From a virus (Duplodnaviria; Caudoviricetes): DNA of 64,000 nt. Below, piece after piece: positions 62,275 to 64,000 of this stretch (the first letter of the stretch is position 1; each line of letters opens with the position of its first letter). The notes beneath the pieces were generated by a model. That model worked only from the letters and a program-made list of their open reading frames with translations. It was not told where the DNA came from and made no database searches. A program made the position numbers and the translations under genes. The DNA is taken from positions 1 to 64,000 of IMG/VR virus record IMGVR_UViG_3300012347_000104; one strand, 5' to 3'.

Positions 62275-63365
62275 TCTGTAGGTTCTCCTTCATCTTCTGC
62301 GGTTTCTACAGTACTACTTATCTCTGCCTTAGCATTTCTCAACGGATAATCAGCCATCAACTTGTCCAAGCATTCATCGGTGTTTGCTTCCCATGCTTTA
62401 CGGAATTTCTTGATGATTTCACCATCCATAGTGACGTAGACTAAACTGTTGCCTTCTTTTTTCAGCAACTCTGCTTTTTCAGCCATGTCAACTAAGCCAG
62501 AGTATGGGCTCATACCTGTCTTGTAAGGAATCTTCACTTGTACACCCTCGAAAGGTTTTGCATAACGAGTTTTCATAATCTTACAACCAGCACGAATACC
62601 ATTTACTTCTGATACTTTGTTGCCGTCTTCATCTTCTTTCAACTTCATCTTCTTCATCGCAACAACGATAGATGAAGCATACACGAAACCTTGACCGCCT
62701 GAGATTTTGTCATCTGGGTCAAACATATCTTGTGATGCGTATGTGTGATTAGTTGCAACCAAGCCGATACCTAGTGAACCAAACATGTTAACACAGTTAC
62801 GAACAAGTGCTGTTAGTGCTTTAGGCTTACGACCCATGTCACCTTTCATGTCACCTGCTTCAAACTGATTAACGTCAGTTGGTGTCAACAACATACCTAA
62901 CGAATCGACAACGAACAATACTTTTGGTCGGTCTGCTTCTGCTAGTTGTTTGTAGTCTTTGACGAACATAGAAATAGTTTTACCTACTTCGTCAATCATC
63001 GCCATGTTTAATTTTAGTAGCTTCGATTCATCTGTATCAACACCGAGGTTATGAAGCCAATCTTCGTCCAAAGCATTCTCGGAGTCGATAAGGATAACGA
63101 ATATCCCTTGTTCTTGTGCATGTTTAACAAGGTTACCTGAACAAATGTAACTCTTGCCCGCACCACTTTCTCCAGCGAACACAGTAACTTTACCAAGAGG
63201 TACACCTTTATTAAAGTCACCGCTGATAAGATAGTTAAGTGCATAATTGCCTGTGCTGATCCAATCTGTAGGGTCATTGAATCCAACGCTTAATCCTTCA
63301 ATACTTTTTGTAATGTCCTTGCGGAACTTGCTTACGTCAAATGGTTTTGCCAATTTTCTCTCCAA
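62271..63365 (-). CDS. uvsX: RecA-like recombinase (UvsX); start may be TTG at 63353
   Basis: STGNYALN..SG, AGESGAGKS, IDSENA, VVDSLG, TNHTY, SGG. Confidence 0.93.
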   Translation of the reverse strand: MERKLAKPFDVSKFRKDITKSIEGLSVGFNDPTDWISTGNYALNYLISGDFNKGVPLGKVTVFAGESGAGKSYICSGNLVKHAQEQGIFVILIDSENALDEDWLHNLGVDTDESKLLKLNMAMIDEVGKTISMFVKDYKQLAEADRPKVLFVVDSLGMLLTPTDVNQFEAGDMKGDMGRKPKALTALVRNCVNMFGSLGIGLVATNHTYASQDMFDPDDKISGGQGFVYASSIVVAMKKMKLKEDEDGNKVSEVNGIRAGCKIMKTRYAKPFEGVQVKIPYKTGMSPYSGLVDMAEKAELLKKEGNSLVYVTMDGEIIKKFRKAWEANTDECLDKLMADYPLRNAKAEISSTVETAEDEGEPTE

Positions 63366-63588
63366 TCATTCCCGTATAGTAATACGGTTTATTTTCTTTA
63401 TCAAGTAAGTCAGGACATGTGTCAGCCATCTTATCAAGTTCATACTCTGATGGATAGTGACGCAATGCACCTCTTGCTCGTTCTCTTACTATGCTCGGTA
63501 CTCGTGGTGTCTTACCAGGATCACATAGTTCTTCTAATAGTTTTTTACCTTGCTTTAGGGCTCGGTATCGTTCGTCAGGTAATGTCAT
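63337..63588 (-). CDS. hypothetical protein
   Basis: 83 aa, MTLPDERYRAL...LRHYP; AAGG SD. Confidence 0.65.
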   Translation of the reverse strand: MTLPDERYRALKQGKKLLEELCDPGKTPRVPSIVRERARGALRHYPSEYELDKMADTCPDLLDKENKPYYYTGMIGEKIGKTI

Positions 63589-63603
63589 TTTAATTTCCTT
63601 ATT

Positions 63604-63621
63604 GGGGAGGTTTCCCTCCCC
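63604..63621 (-). terminator. probable terminator after the SSB gene
   Basis: GGGGAGG-(TTTC)-CCTCCCC hairpin. Confidence 0.55.
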
Positions 63622-63628
63622 TAGTCAA

Positions 63629-64000
63629 TTAAGCAGACTTGTTTTGACGAGCACGAATCATCGCTAGGATGTCGTTAGCTTTATCACTACCTGATGGAAT
63701 AACAACTGGAGCTGCTGCTGCTTCGGCTGCGTCTTCTTCCCACGGTGCTACTGCTGGAGCTGATTCAGCTACGGGTGCTGTTGCGGGTGCGCTAGTAGCA
63801 ACGGTACTAGACGCTTGTGGTTGAGCCGCTGTTGAACCTGCTGGTGCTTCGAGACCATATGGGCGGTAGTAACTACCCCAACGCTCCAAATCGTATGGTT
63901 GACCATCGACTGATGCTTCAAACATTTCCTTCATAATACGAAGGTCTGCTTCTGTTGGACGCTTTGGTAAGAACTCTTTCAAGTCAAACAAACCGTGTGC
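63629..64000 (-). CDS. gp32: C-terminal part of ssDNA-binding protein (T4 gp32-like); 5' end outside the window
   Basis: LFDLKEFLPKRP, YRPYG, A/P-rich linker, DILAMIRARQ tail; upstream of uvsX/uvsY. Confidence 0.7.
   Translation of the reverse strand, partial: AHGLFDLKEFLPKRPTEADLRIMKEMFEASVDGQPYDLERWGSYYRPYGLEAPAGSTAAQPQASSTVATSAPATAPVAESAPAVAPWEEDAAEAAAAPVVIPSGSDKANDILAMIRARQNKSA

Noticed and set aside
741-63286. Numerous 60-150 aa ORFs antisense or out of frame within long genes (e.g. 3960..4334, 13687..14115, 17084..17542, 19199..19615, 44612..44983, 59562..59912)
   Set aside because: Fully nested in well-supported genes, no RBS, and composition reflects the codon bias of the real strand
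55680-63365. Inteins or introns in uvsW, uvsX, helicase or primase
   Set aside because: Protein lengths and motif spacing are normal; no C...HN or LAGLIDADG blocks
1-64000. Stop-codon reassignment as in some jumbo phages
   Set aside because: Conserved genes are full length in code 11, and TGA/TAA stops coincide with overlapping starts. TAG is rare as a stop, but no gene appears interrupted by it.
1-64000. tRNA genes, rRNA or CRISPR arrays
   Set aside because: No cloverleaf with T-loop/CCA context and no regularly spaced direct repeats found by eye; GGTTCGA hits (e.g. near 21452, 26006) are inside CDS. A tRNAscan/CRISPR scan would be decisive.

Overview
This 64 kb window is a segment of a large T4-related (myovirus, probably jumbo-size) dsDNA bacteriophage genome. 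It is densely coding in genetic code 11, with almost all genes on the minus strand. It holds: (i) a chaperone/proteolysis block (ClpA, DnaJ, GroES); (ii) a tail/neck/baseplate block (sheath, tube, gp13/14/15-like, gp4-like, baseplate and fibre proteins, GH19 endolysin, holin-like protein); (iii) T4-type replication/recombination genes (gp41 helicase, primase, gp44/gp62-like clamp loader, UvsW, UvsX, UvsY, gp32-like C-terminus); (iv) nucleotide-metabolism genes (PhoH, dNMP kinase, MazG, Nudix, two exonucleases). No capsid, portal or large terminase gene, tRNA, rRNA or CRISPR array was seen. Most notable observations: a miniature DnaE (Pol III alpha) catalytic core split into two genes 34 kb apart at a precise junction; a translationally coupled trio of three unrelated nucleotidyltransferase folds, two with capsid-targeting-like N-termini; a ~450 nt highly structured non-coding segment upstream of the neck gene; a tandem array of ~18 small paralogues whose shared C-terminal LRW motif doubles as the start signal of the next gene; and leaderless sigma70-type promoters on replication genes. 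All family assignments come from motif recognition by eye, with no database search.
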